64,000 bases of DNA from Spirochaetia bacterium (lineage in GTDB: Bacteria; Spirochaetota; Spirochaetia; SZUA-6; Bin103): NCBI GenBank assembly GCA_965203905.1, contig CBDBDQ010000005.1:4256001-4320000 (forward strand), written 5' to 3'. This document shows, in pieces, positions 28,975 to 38,970 of the stretch. Made by a program: the position numbers and the translations under genes. A model generated the notes under the pieces. That model searched no databases. It worked only from the letters and a program-made list of their open reading frames with translations, and was not told the DNA's origin. Every line of letters begins with the position of its first letter. The stretch's first letter is position 1.

Positions 28975-29586
28975 TCAGTCGACCAGGTTGGCGCCGCCGT
29001 CCTCCAGTGTCTCCGGGCGCCGCCAGTAGGAGTACTGGGGCGTCCACTCAGCGTCACCGATCCCGGCCAGAGCCAGCAGTCCCCACAGGGCGCAGTAGAG
29101 GTCGCCGGGACCGAACACGCAGGAGTTCCGGCGCAGGATGGTGTCGCCGGAGCGCTCGTAGAGCACGGCGCCGGGGTAGTTGTCGCTGCCGGGGCTGACC
29201 GACTGCTCGCGCGGGTAGTCGCTGCCGCCGTGGGAGGCCAGCCGGAAGCGCCAGCCGCGGGCGTTGGCGAAGCGCCGCTGCAGCGCCGGCGGATCCTTGG
29301 ACAGCAGCACTACCGCCACTACCGACTCCAGGTGCGGCAGCAGGCCGTTGAAGCCGTCCGCCCACAGCGTGCAGTAGCGACAGCCCTGCCCCATGTTGTG
29401 GATGGCGAGCAGCCGCTGCCGATCGGCGAACAGCTCACGCAGCGTGGTCGGGCCGCTCTGCGTCGTGAAGCGATAGTTGGGCACCGGCGTTCCCGGACGC
29501 TCCTTGCGCAGGGCGTTGAGCTCGGATGTCAACTCGCCGATCCGCCGTTCCAGCTCGGCGATCCTGCTATCGCATTCATCTGCCAT
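28975..29586 (-). CDS. DUF899 family thioredoxin-like protein
   Basis: LRELF, GCRYCTLWADGFNG, FANARGW. Confidence 0.8.
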   Translation of the reverse strand: MADECDSRIAELERRIGELTSELNALRKERPGTPVPNYRFTTQSGPTTLRELFADRQRLLAIHNMGQGCRYCTLWADGFNGLLPHLESVVAVVLLSKDPPALQRRFANARGWRFRLASHGGSDYPREQSVSPGSDNYPGAVLYERSGDTILRRNSCVFGPGDLYCALWGLLALAGIGDAEWTPQYSYWRRPETLEDGGANLVD

Positions 29587-29624
29587 GGCGTAGGTTCCCT
29601 CCCGATGGTTGCGCGCCGGCATCG

Positions 29625-30812
29625 CTACCAGCCCTTCCAGCTACCGTCGGCGTGACGGTACTGCCGGAACCGGGTCGGCCGATAGGGGAGCTGCGCGATG
29701 TCGGCTTCCTTGACGGTGACGCCCAGTCCGGGTTCCTCCGGCACGTTCATGTATCCCTCATGGACCTGGAACGGATGCTCGGCGAAGCGGTCGAACTGGG
29801 CGAGGTATCCGGCCGTGGTCTCCTGGATCAGCAGGTTGGCCATCGCCGCGTCGGCGTGGATCAGCGCCGCGTGGCCCACCGGTCCGGAGGTGTTGTGCGG
29901 CGCCATCAGCATCTGCTGCGCGTCCGCCAGCCGCGCGATCTCCAGCATGCGGTGGATGCCGAAGCACTGGGTGATGTCCGGCTGCAGGATGGCGCAGGCG
30001 CGGCTGTCGGTCAGCTCCTTGAACTGGGCCACGGTGAACAGCTTCTCGCCGGTGGCGATCGGCACCGGGCTGCGCCGGCTGACCTCGGCCAGCGCCGCCA
30101 CCGAGCCCGCCTTGACCGGCTCCTCCAGGAACAGCGGGCGCAGCGGCGCCACCGCGCGGGCGAAGGCGACGCTGAGCTCCGGCAGCGGGCTGCCGTGGGT
30201 GTCGAGCAGGATCTCCAGCTCGGGGCCGGCCGCCTCCCGCATCGCCGCCACGCACGCCCGCGAATGCTCGATGGCGGCCGGATCCAGGGGCGTGGCGCGG
30301 GTCTCCAGCGGGTTGCCCTTGATCCCGGCATAGCCCTGGCGCTGCGCGGCCAGCGCGCTCGCCGCGGCCGCCTCCGGGGAGGCGAAGCTGCCGCCGTTGG
30401 AGTACACCCGCACGCGCTCGCGCCGGCGGCCGCCGAGCACGGTATGCACCGGCACCCCCCACGCCTTGCCCACCAGGTCGTACAGGGCGATGTTCACCGC
30501 CGCCGCGGCGCAGCCCAGCACCGGACCGCCCTTCCACGGCAGGCGGTCGGTCAGGTCCTCGGTGAGGGCGATCACCCGCAGCGGGTCAGCGCCCAGCAGC
30601 AACTCGCGCCAGGCGTGGATCTGGGCTTCCACCGGCTCGACCAGCCACTCCGCGGTACCCTCTCCCCAGCCGGCCAGTCCGGCATCGGTCTCCAGCTTCA
30701 GCAGCAGCCAGCCCTTCTCGGTGCTGGCGATCGCCTCCCCGGTTACCGGGTCATGCTCCCGCTGCCCGGTGGCGACGCTGAACTTGAAGGTCTGCACGCC
30801 GGTGATTTTCAC
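29625..30812 (-). CDS. Enolase-superfamily dehydratase (DgoD-like)
   Basis: GWGE, ALYDLVGKA, LDTHG, LEEP, ATGE, LQPD, APHN. Confidence 0.9.
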   Translation of the reverse strand: MKITGVQTFKFSVATGQREHDPVTGEAIASTEKGWLLLKLETDAGLAGWGEGTAEWLVEPVEAQIHAWRELLLGADPLRVIALTEDLTDRLPWKGGPVLGCAAAAVNIALYDLVGKAWGVPVHTVLGGRRRERVRVYSNGGSFASPEAAAASALAAQRQGYAGIKGNPLETRATPLDPAAIEHSRACVAAMREAAGPELEILLDTHGSPLPELSVAFARAVAPLRPLFLEEPVKAGSVAALAEVSRRSPVPIATGEKLFTVAQFKELTDSRACAILQPDITQCFGIHRMLEIARLADAQQMLMAPHNTSGPVGHAALIHADAAMANLLIQETTAGYLAQFDRFAEHPFQVHEGYMNVPEEPGLGVTVKEADIAQLPYRPTRFRQYRHADGSWKGW

Positions 30813-30927
30813 CGTGAGTCTCCCATGACCGCTCCATCCTAATGGATTGCGCGCCTGACGCCGAGTTGGCGCAGGCCGGGTACAATAGGCCCCGGTCCAG
30901 CAGCGCTGCTGGCAACGGAGGTACGCC

Positions 30928-32013
30928 GTGGGATCTGACACGTTGACTGTCGCCGTGATCGGGTGCGGCCGCATGGGGCAGCAATACGCGACCGTGTACG
31001 CCACCCGGCCCGATACCGAACTGGTGGCCATCGCCGAGGCCAACCCGGAACGGCGCCGCGCGGTAGGCGAACGCTTTGGCGTGTCGCGGCTGTTCGCCGG
31101 CGCCGCGGAGCTGTTCGCGGCCGTGGTGCCGGATGTGGCGGCGGTGGTGCTGCCGGTGCGCTACATCAAGGACGCGGTGCTGGCGGCCGTCGCCGCCGGC
31201 GTGCGCGGGGTCACCACCGACAAGCCGATCGCCGCAACCCTGGCCGACGCCGACGCCATGGTGGCCGCGTGCGAGCGCCGCGGCGTCGTGTTCGGCGGCG
31301 GCAACCTGCAGCGCGCCCGCGGCGACGTGCAGGACGCGGCACGCTGGATCCGTCGCGGCGACTTCGGGGCGGTCACCGGCGCGGCGGTGCACCGCTGGGG
31401 CGGGGGAGAGATCTCCGGCGGCGGCTGCCAGCACGTGTCGGTGCTGCGCCTGCTGGTGGACGCGGAGGTGGCCGAGGTGGTCGCCTGGGGCAAGCCGGCC
31501 CACAAGCTGGCCCCGGACGAGGACGACGCCGGGCTGGCCATCCACGCCCGCTTTACCATGTCCGACGGCCTCTCGGTGCCGGTGTTCGCCGAGGAGACGC
31601 CGCACAGCGGGGTCGACCTGTGGACCGACGCCGCGCTGATCCGCTGGGAGTGGGACGCCACCACGATCTATGCCGGCAGCGACGCCAGCGGCCGGCGCGT
31701 GCCGTTGCAGCGTTCTTTCACTCCCGTGGAGTATCCCCGGTTTTCCTATCTGGGAACTGCCATCGGCTCGTTTCTGGATGCGGTACGCACCGGCAGCGAG
31801 CTGTGGATCTCGGGCCACGATCTGCGCCAGGCGCTGGAAGTGGCGATCGCGGCGAAGCGCTCGGCCGCCCTCGGCTCGGTCCCGGTAGCGCTGCCGCTGA
31901 AAGACCGCGGCCTGACGCTGCGCCCGCGTGCCTACCGCTGGCTGGGCGGCGACGTGACCGGAAGCGAGCAGAGCCTGGCTGAAGCCTCCACGCCGTGGGC
32001 CGGCTACGACTGA
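30928..32013 (+). CDS. Gfo/Idh/MocA family oxidoreductase
   Basis: IGCGRMG, DKPIA; GGAGGT RBS. Confidence 0.9.
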   Translation: MGSDTLTVAVIGCGRMGQQYATVYATRPDTELVAIAEANPERRRAVGERFGVSRLFAGAAELFAAVVPDVAAVVLPVRYIKDAVLAAVAAGVRGVTTDKPIAATLADADAMVAACERRGVVFGGGNLQRARGDVQDAARWIRRGDFGAVTGAAVHRWGGGEISGGGCQHVSVLRLLVDAEVAEVVAWGKPAHKLAPDEDDAGLAIHARFTMSDGLSVPVFAEETPHSGVDLWTDAALIRWEWDATTIYAGSDASGRRVPLQRSFTPVEYPRFSYLGTAIGSFLDAVRTGSELWISGHDLRQALEVAIAAKRSAALGSVPVALPLKDRGLTLRPRAYRWLGGDVTGSEQSLAEASTPWAGYD

Positions 32014-32074
32014 GAGTCCGGCCGCGGCGGCGCCCGCGGCACCGGCCCCTGCGCTGCATGCCGTGCCGCTCGCC

Positions 32075-33331
32075 ATGAGTCGTCCCCACGGCGCCGCCGC
32101 CACGTTGTTCCGCGACGTGGCGAGCGCCGTGCTCTACCTGGCGCCGATGCAGGCGCTGATCACGCTCATCTCCTTCATCGCGATCAGTCGCCTGGAGGCC
32201 TCGGTGGCGTGGGTGGGGATTCTCGGATCCGCCGGTTACTGGGGCCAGCTCTGGAACCTGGCGCTGGGACGGGTCACCGCCAAGGTGGATCTGCGCGCCG
32301 GCCTGGCGCTGCTCATGGCGGCCCAGGGGCTGTTGCTGGCGGCGGCGGCCCTGCAGCACTCCCTCCTGCCCTACGCTGCGCTGGTCATTCCCCTGCTGGT
32401 GCTGTTCGGGCTGTACGAGGTGCAGTACGCCACCCTGGTGCCGCACCTGTATCGGCCGGAGGAGCGTCCGCACGCGCTGGGGGTGCGCAACTTCGCGGTG
32501 GCCGCCGGCACCGCCCTGCTGGCGGCGCTGTTCGGGCGCTTCAGCAGCGGGGCCGCCGGCCACACGCCGGTGTTCCTGCTGGCCGGGCTGGCCATGGTGG
32601 CGGGCGGGCTGGTGTTCCGCGGGGTGCGCCCCGCGGGCACGCGGCCGGAGGCATCGGCCGCACCGCGCATGCCGGTGCTGCGCGCCCGCGAGATCGCCGG
32701 CGTCCTGTTCGGCGCCCGTTCCGACACCGTGACGCCGGCGCACCGCCGCAAGTTCCGCCGCCTGGTGCTGGTGCTGGTCCTGTATGGGTGGTACGGAGCC
32801 GGTCTCGTCACCATGCAGGTGGTGGTGTACGACCGGCTGGGCTTCGACGAATGGCGGGTCGGGCTGCTGGCGGCAGTCGCCACCCTGGGGACGCTGCTTT
32901 CTTCACTGCTGGTCGCCCCCCGGTTGCGGTTGCTCGGCGGCACCACCAATTTCCGCCTCTGCTTCGGCGCCAGCCTGATCTCCGCCGTGCTGCTGGTCGT
33001 GGCGGTGCTGTTTGTTTCCGGCCGTCCCGTGTTCTGGGTGCTGGTCGCCGGTCAGCTCGCGATGGGCATCGGGGTGACCGGCTTCGTGCTCGGGACCCAT
33101 ACCGCCGCTCTGAATATCGCGCCCGCCGGGCGCGAGGCCCTGTTCGTCAACGCCATGATGGTCGTGCTGGGTCTGCGCGGCATGCTGGTCCCGCTGCTGG
33201 TCGCGGCTGTCATCCGTGCCGCCGGGGTCGAGTGGGCGCTGCTCGTCGGCCTGCTGTGCGTGCTCTGCTGCGCGGCCCTGGTGGTGCACCCCGGCGCTGA
33301 ACGGGACCGGCCGCCAGGGGTACGGGAATGA
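32075..33331 (+). CDS. MFS-type transporter
   Basis: About 12 hydrophobic helices in two halves with a central loop. Confidence 0.75.
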   Translation: MSRPHGAAATLFRDVASAVLYLAPMQALITLISFIAISRLEASVAWVGILGSAGYWGQLWNLALGRVTAKVDLRAGLALLMAAQGLLLAAAALQHSLLPYAALVIPLLVLFGLYEVQYATLVPHLYRPEERPHALGVRNFAVAAGTALLAALFGRFSSGAAGHTPVFLLAGLAMVAGGLVFRGVRPAGTRPEASAAPRMPVLRAREIAGVLFGARSDTVTPAHRRKFRRLVLVLVLYGWYGAGLVTMQVVVYDRLGFDEWRVGLLAAVATLGTLLSSLLVAPRLRLLGGTTNFRLCFGASLISAVLLVVAVLFVSGRPVFWVLVAGQLAMGIGVTGFVLGTHTAALNIAPAGREALFVNAMMVVLGLRGMLVPLLVAAVIRAAGVEWALLVGLLCVLCCAALVVHPGAERDRPPGVRE

Positions 33332-33396
33332 AGCGGGAGCGACAGTATTCCCGGACACACTGCCCGTTTCAGCGTGAAGCAATGTATCATCGGCGC

Positions 33397-35559
33397 ATGT
33401 ACCTGGAGCGGAGTGTTCCCCGGAGCGTAGCGGCGCTGCTGGCGGCGGCGCTGGTGCTGCTCCTGCCGGTAGTTGGATTCGCCCGCGTCAGCGAAGACAC
33501 CATCGTGCTGGGCGCGGCGGTGTCGCTCACCGGGAAGTACACCACCGCCGGCAACCACACGCGCAAGGGCTACGACCTCGCGGTCAAGATGATCAACGAG
33601 CGCGGCGGCGTGCGGGTGGCGGGCAAGGATTACCGGCTGGAGATCCTGTACTACGACGACGAGTCGACACCGGCGCGCGGCGCGCAACTGGCCGAGCGCC
33701 TGATCCGGCAGGATGGCGTGCGGTTCATGCTCGGCCCCTACAGCTCGGGCCTGACCCAGGCGATCGCTCCGGTCACCGAGCGCTACCAGGTCCCGATGGT
33801 GGAGGGGAACGGTGCCTCGCGCGAGCTGTTCAACAAGGGCTACCGCTACCTGTTCGCGGTGCTGTCCACTTCCGAGCAGTACCTGCAGGAGGCGATCAAC
33901 CTGGCGGCGGAGCGGGCCCAGGCGGAGGGCCGGGACCCCGCCTCGCTGAAGATCGCGGTGGCCACCGAGAACGATCCGTTCTCCCAGGACGTGCGCGACG
34001 GCGTGGTGGACGATGCCGCGCGCTACGGCATGGAGGTGGTGATCGACGACAAGCTGCCGCGCGAGCTCAACGACATGACCACGACGTTGCTCAAGGTAAA
34101 GGCGCTGCGTCCCGACGTGCTGCTGGTGTCCGGCCACTCGAAGGGTGCGGCGCTGCTGGTACGCCAGGCCGCGGAGCTGCGGGCCTCGGCCCCGATCGTC
34201 GCCATTTCGCACTGCGAGTCCGCCGAGGTCACCGATGCCGCGCGCTTCGGGGACGCCGCCGAGGGCATCTTGTGCACCGCGCAGTGGGCGCCGACGCTGT
34301 CCTACCGTGACGACCTGTTCGGCAGCGCCGCCGACTACGCCACGCTGTTCGAGCGCGAGTACGGCTACATTCCGCCCTACCAGGCCGCGGAGTCGACCGC
34401 CGCGGTCATGGTCTGGGCCGATGCGTTGCAGCGCGCCGGCTCGTTCGACACCGACGCGGTGCGCGCGGCGCTGGCGGCGACCGACATGCAGACCTTCTAC
34501 GGCAACATCCGCTTCGACGCCACCGGCAAGAACATCGCTAAGCCGATGGTGCTGAGCCAGATTCAGGACGGCGAGTATCGCGTGGTGGCGCCGACCGCCT
34601 GGGCCTCCCACGAGCTGCAGTTCCCAGGTCCCGGTCCCGCCGGAGGCACGGTCTCCGCCACCGGACAGACGGGTCGACTCCTGCTGTTCGGGCCGTTGAC
34701 GGTGCAGCTGCTCCTGGACGGGCTGCTGGTCGGGGCGATCTTCGCGCTCGCCGCGTACGGCATGGCGCTGGTGTGGGGCGTGATGAACATCATCAACGTA
34801 TCGCAGGGCGAGCTGGTGATCCTGGGCGGCTTCCTCACCTGGTGGCTGACCACCTTCGGCATCCATCCGCTGTTCGGAATCCCCATCGCCGGCGCCGTGC
34901 TGTTCGGGTTCGGCTGGCTGCTGTACCGGACGGTGGTGTACCGCCTGGTCGACCGCGACCTGTTCGTGTCGCTGCTGGCCACGTTCGGCCTTTCGATTCT
35001 GCTGCAGCAGTTGATGAACCAGGTGTTCGGTGCCGACCTGCGCAGCGCCAACGCGGAACTCGGCGCCACCTACCTGATGGGCGACGGCGTGGTGCTGGCC
35101 AACAGCAAGCTGGTAGCGTTTGCGGTGGCCCTGGCGGCGGCCGCGGGGTTGCTGCTGTTCCTGCGCCGCAGCCGCTCCGGGCGCGCCATCCGGGCGACCT
35201 CCCAGAACGCGCGCGCGGCGCGCCTGATGGGGGTGCGCACGGACCGCGTCTACGCGCTCGCCTTCGCCCTCAACGCGGCCGCCTGCGGAATTGCCGGCGC
35301 GCTGGTGGCGATGGTGTGGGTGGTGCATCCGTTCATCGGCATCACCTACACGGTGCGCTCGTTCGTGATCGTGGTGGTCGCGGGCCTGGGCAACATCGCG
35401 CCGGTGGTGGTGTCCGGCGCCGCCCTGGGTGACGCCGAGAACCTCACCGGATTCCTGCTCGGCGCGGAGTTCCAGACCGCGTTCGTGTTCCTGCTGCTGG
35501 TGGTGATCCTGCTGCTGCGCAGCTACCTGTTGAGCCGCCGGCGCCAGGTGCTGCGATGA
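33397..35559 (+). CDS. Fused branched-chain amino acid ABC substrate-binding protein + LivH-type permease
   Basis: Signal peptide, SLTGKY, YYDDES, LGPYSS, then without a stop LLDGLLVGAIFALAAYG...IRATSQN; TATCAT-N6-ATG. Confidence 0.88.
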   Translation: MYLERSVPRSVAALLAAALVLLLPVVGFARVSEDTIVLGAAVSLTGKYTTAGNHTRKGYDLAVKMINERGGVRVAGKDYRLEILYYDDESTPARGAQLAERLIRQDGVRFMLGPYSSGLTQAIAPVTERYQVPMVEGNGASRELFNKGYRYLFAVLSTSEQYLQEAINLAAERAQAEGRDPASLKIAVATENDPFSQDVRDGVVDDAARYGMEVVIDDKLPRELNDMTTTLLKVKALRPDVLLVSGHSKGAALLVRQAAELRASAPIVAISHCESAEVTDAARFGDAAEGILCTAQWAPTLSYRDDLFGSAADYATLFEREYGYIPPYQAAESTAAVMVWADALQRAGSFDTDAVRAALAATDMQTFYGNIRFDATGKNIAKPMVLSQIQDGEYRVVAPTAWASHELQFPGPGPAGGTVSATGQTGRLLLFGPLTVQLLLDGLLVGAIFALAAYGMALVWGVMNIINVSQGELVILGGFLTWWLTTFGIHPLFGIPIAGAVLFGFGWLLYRTVVYRLVDRDLFVSLLATFGLSILLQQLMNQVFGADLRSANAELGATYLMGDGVVLANSKLVAFAVALAAAAGLLLFLRRSRSGRAIRATSQNARAARLMGVRTDRVYALAFALNAAACGIAGALVAMVWVVHPFIGITYTVRSFVIVVVAGLGNIAPVVVSGAALGDAENLTGFLLGAEFQTAFVFLLLVVILLLRSYLLSRRRQVLR

Positions 35560-36551
35560 GCGCGCGGCTGCTGGGGCCGTTGCTGGTGGCGGCGGCGGGC
35601 ATCGGCGGGCCGTTTCTGGTGCCCCAGCTCCAGTCGCAGATGGCGGTGCTGTGGGTGATGGTGGTGCTGGCGCTGACCTGGGACGTCGTGGGCGGCCAGA
35701 TGGGCTACAACTCGTTCGGCAACATCGTCTTCTTCGGCGCCGGCATGTACGCCAGCGCGGTGGTGCAGCGTGGCCTTGCCGACCTCGCCGGCGGCGTAGC
35801 GGCGCGCCTGGAGCCGCTGCAGTATCTCGCGGGACTGGGGCTGGGGCTGGCCTGCGCGGTGCTGGTGGCGGTGCCGATCGCGCTGCTGCTGGGCACCGGC
35901 ATCCTGCGCCTGCGCGGCCATTACTTCGCCATCTGCACCCTGGGCCTGGGCGTGGCCGCGGGCGAGATCGCCAACGCCTGGGACTGGATCGGCGCCGGCG
36001 CCGGCCTCGTCACGCCGCTGTTTCCGGAGGAGCTGGGCAACCGCAACCGCTTCTTCTGCTTCTACTTTCTGGCGCTGGCCGGCGTCTGCTTCGGCGTGCT
36101 CCGGCTGCTGTACCGCCGCCGCTTCGGGCTGCTGATCAACGCCATCCGCGACGACGAGGACAAGGCCGAGGCGATGGGCCTGCCCACCACCCGCTGCAAG
36201 GTGGTCGCCTGGTCGGTGGCGGCGTTCTTCCTGGCGCTGGCCGGCGGCGCCTACGGCAACTTCATCGGCTTCATCGACCCGCTCGACATCGCCTTCTCGG
36301 GTGCCACCTTCGGCGTGTGGATGATCCTGATGGCGATCATGGGCGGACGTGGGACGCTGTGGGGACCGGTGATCGGGGCGATGGTGTTCCACGTCACCCA
36401 GGAGCTGTTCTGGACCTTCCTGCTCGGCTGGCACCGGGTCGCCATGGGGCTGCTGATCGTGGTGATCGTGACCTTCCTGCCGGACGGCATTCTCGGCTGG
36501 ATCAGGGAACGCCGCGGCACCACGGCGCTGGCGACGGGGCGCGGCGCATGA
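35556..36551 (+). CDS. livM: Branched-chain amino acid ABC permease LivM
   Basis: GYNSFG, LRLRGHYFAI.T, AIRDDE..A, GGRGTLWGP. Confidence 0.88.
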   Translation: MSARLLGPLLVAAAGIGGPFLVPQLQSQMAVLWVMVVLALTWDVVGGQMGYNSFGNIVFFGAGMYASAVVQRGLADLAGGVAARLEPLQYLAGLGLGLACAVLVAVPIALLLGTGILRLRGHYFAICTLGLGVAAGEIANAWDWIGAGAGLVTPLFPEELGNRNRFFCFYFLALAGVCFGVLRLLYRRRFGLLINAIRDDEDKAEAMGLPTTRCKVVAWSVAAFFLALAGGAYGNFIGFIDPLDIAFSGATFGVWMILMAIMGGRGTLWGPVIGAMVFHVTQELFWTFLLGWHRVAMGLLIVVIVTFLPDGILGWIRERRGTTALATGRGA

Positions 36552-37291
36552 ACGCCCTGCTGCAGGTCGACGCGGTCAGCAAGGCGTTCGGCGGCGTGAC
36601 CGCCAACCGGGAGATCAGCCTGAGCGTGCCCCCCGGCGCCGTGCACGGACTGATCGGTCCCAACGGCTCCGGCAAGACCACGCTGTTCAACAGCATCGTC
36701 GGCCACCATCCGGTGGACGCCGGCAGCGTCACCTTCGACGGCGCCCGCATCGAGCGCCTGAACGTGCCGCGCATCGCCCGGCTCGGCCTGCTGCGCACCT
36801 TTCAGCAGACCCGGGTGTACGGCGCCATGAGCTGCCTCGAGAACATGCTGGTGAGCGCACCGCACCGCACGGCGCACGGCGGGGTGCTGCTGCGCCGGGT
36901 GCCGGCGGCGGTGAGCGAGCGGGCGGAGTCGCTGCTGGAGTTCGTCGGCCTCGATGCGCTGCGCCATCATCGCGCCGGCAGCCTTTCGTTCGGTCAGCAG
37001 AAGCTGCTGGAGTTCGCCATGGCGTTGATGTTCAGACCCAAGATGCTGCTGCTGGACGAGCCGACGGCGGGCATCAATCCCACCCTGATCAACGGGATGA
37101 TCGATCGGCTGTTGCGGGCCAACGCCGAGATGGGGGTTACCCTGCTGGTGATCGAGCACAACATGCGGGTGATCATGAACCTGGCCACCCACATCTACTG
37201 TCTGGCGCACGGCCGCCTGCTGGCCGCCGGGACCCCCGAGGAAGTGCGCGGCGACCCGCAGGTGGTGGAAGCGTACCTGGGAGGGGATTGA
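36548..37291 (+). CDS. livG: Branched-chain amino acid ABC ATPase LivG
   Basis: KAFGG, GPNGSGKT, RTFQ, LSFGQQK, AYLG. Confidence 0.9.
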   Translation: MNALLQVDAVSKAFGGVTANREISLSVPPGAVHGLIGPNGSGKTTLFNSIVGHHPVDAGSVTFDGARIERLNVPRIARLGLLRTFQQTRVYGAMSCLENMLVSAPHRTAHGGVLLRRVPAAVSERAESLLEFVGLDALRHHRAGSLSFGQQKLLEFAMALMFRPKMLLLDEPTAGINPTLINGMIDRLLRANAEMGVTLLVIEHNMRVIMNLATHIYCLAHGRLLAAGTPEEVRGDPQVVEAYLGGD

Positions 37292-38157
37292 TGGGGCGCA
37301 CGGAGCCGGGCGGCGGGGTTTCCGGTTACGGGGGCGGCGAGCTGGGCGCGGCGGTCTCGGTGGAGCAGGTGGCGCGCGAGAGTGCGTCGCTGCTGGAGCA
37401 GGGCGTGCCGCGCGAACGGCTGGCGGAGCTGGCCGGCGGCGACGACTTCGTCGCCATCGACGGCCTGGTTGCCGGCTACGGCCGCATGGAGATCCTGCAC
37501 GGCATCGATCTGCAGGTCGGCCGCGGGCAGTCGCTGTGCCTGATCGGACCCAACGGCGCGGGCAAGTCCACCGTGCTGCACGCGATCTACGGCCTCAACA
37601 CCATCACCGGCGGCAGCATCCGCAAGCAGGGCCGCGACATCACCCGCATGCACTCCGCCGACAAGCTCAGGCACGCCGGTATCGCCTACATCCTGCAGGA
37701 CAACTCGGTGTTCCCGGACATGACGGTGGAGGAGAACCTGCAGATGGGCGCCTATTTGATGCGCGACAAGGCGGCGGTGCGGCACGCCGTGGCGGCGGTG
37801 CTGGACCGCTATCCGCGCCTCGCCGAGCGCCGCGCGCAGCCGGCGCGGGTGCTGTCGGGCGGCGAGCGGCGCCTGCTGGAGATCTCGCGCGCGCTGGTGA
37901 TGGATCCGGACGTGCTGCTGGTGGACGAGCCGTCCATCGGCCTGGAGCCGCGTTTCATCGACATGGTGTTCGAGATCCTGGTCGACCTGCGCGACCGCGA
38001 GCGCAAGACGATCATCATGGTCGAGCAGAATGCGCGCAAGGGGTTGCAGTTCGCGGACCTGGGCTACGTCCTGGTGGCGGGGGATCTGGCCCTGGCGGCG
38101 CGCGGCGACGAATTGCTGGAGGACCCGCGCGTGGGCCGCCTGTTCCTCGGCGGCTGA
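37288..38157 (+). CDS. livF: Branched-chain amino acid ABC ATPase LivF
   Basis: AGYG, GPNGAGKS, LSGGE, DEPSIGL, VEQN. Confidence 0.9.
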   Translation: MMGRTEPGGGVSGYGGGELGAAVSVEQVARESASLLEQGVPRERLAELAGGDDFVAIDGLVAGYGRMEILHGIDLQVGRGQSLCLIGPNGAGKSTVLHAIYGLNTITGGSIRKQGRDITRMHSADKLRHAGIAYILQDNSVFPDMTVEENLQMGAYLMRDKAAVRHAVAAVLDRYPRLAERRAQPARVLSGGERRLLEISRALVMDPDVLLVDEPSIGLEPRFIDMVFEILVDLRDRERKTIIMVEQNARKGLQFADLGYVLVAGDLALAARGDELLEDPRVGRLFLGG

Positions 38158-38214
38158 GCCGCCGAGACGAAGAAACCCGCTGCCGGTACCCATCCACCTC
38201 CGTCACGACGTTTC

Positions 38215-38243
38215 TTGACACATCTTCCTTCCGGGAGCATCTT
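38215..38243 (+). promoter_or_regulatory. Putative promoter of the antitoxin-doc operon
   Basis: TTGACA-N17-CATCTT; CATCTT repeated at 38221 and 38238. Confidence 0.5.
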
Positions 38244-38265
38244 GTGAATTGAGGAGGTGGTGAGG

Positions 38266-38502
38266 ATGGCAGTGCAGGCCGGGCAACGGACAAAGTTCTC
38301 CAGCCAGGCGAAGCCGGAGTTGTTGGCTTCGCTGCGTGAGATCGCCCGCAGAGATGGTCGCCACTTTCAGGCCGTGCTCGAAGACGCCATGGCCAGCTAC
38401 ATCGATGCCAGGGCGCAGCATCGGGTTCGCCCTGAAGTGATGGCCCACTACCGGGCAAGCCTGGAGCGCAATCGGTTGCTGTACAAGTTGCTGGCCCGTT
38501 GA
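38266..38502 (+). CDS. Putative RHH antitoxin for Doc
   Basis: KFSSQAKPELL..LREIA; C-terminal LYKLLA; 4-nt overlap with the toxin. Confidence 0.8.
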   Translation: MAVQAGQRTKFSSQAKPELLASLREIARRDGRHFQAVLEDAMASYIDARAQHRVRPEVMAHYRASLERNRLLYKLLAR

Positions 38503-38885
38503 CCCGCAGCTTCCCCACAGTCGAGGAAGTGGTCGCCATACATGACGATCTGCTCACTCAGTTCGGCGGCTCGCCGGGCGTCCGCGACTGGGGTGCGCTG
38601 GAGGCAGCCGTCATGCGTCCGCAAATTGGCTACTACGATGGCCTGCTCGACGAGGCAGCCGCCATGCTTGAGAGCCTCGCGATGAACCACCCGTTCGTCG
38701 ACGGCAACAAGCGGACCGCGGTCGGCGCCACCGATGCGTTTCTCGGCCTGAACGGCTACTTCATCGACTGCGACAGCCGCGCCGCTTACGATCACTTCAT
38801 GCGTCTGTTCGAGTCCAACGCCTTCCGCTTTGCCGAGCTGCGCGCATGGCTCGAAGATCACGTGAGGCCGCTGCCGGGGCCTTGA
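38499..38885 (+). CDS. doc: Death-on-curing (Fic/Doc) toxin
   Basis: HPFVDGNKRT; GVRD.GALEAA..RP. Confidence 0.9.
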   Translation: MTRSFPTVEEVVAIHDDLLTQFGGSPGVRDWGALEAAVMRPQIGYYDGLLDEAAAMLESLAMNHPFVDGNKRTAVGATDAFLGLNGYFIDCDSRAAYDHFMRLFESNAFRFAELRAWLEDHVRPLPGP

Positions 38886-38970
38886 TTGCCATCCCGTCGC
38901 GGCACCGGCGCGCGCACCTCGTCGACCTGCTTGCCCGGACCGGTAACGCGATCGGCCCGCCCGGGTCGGC

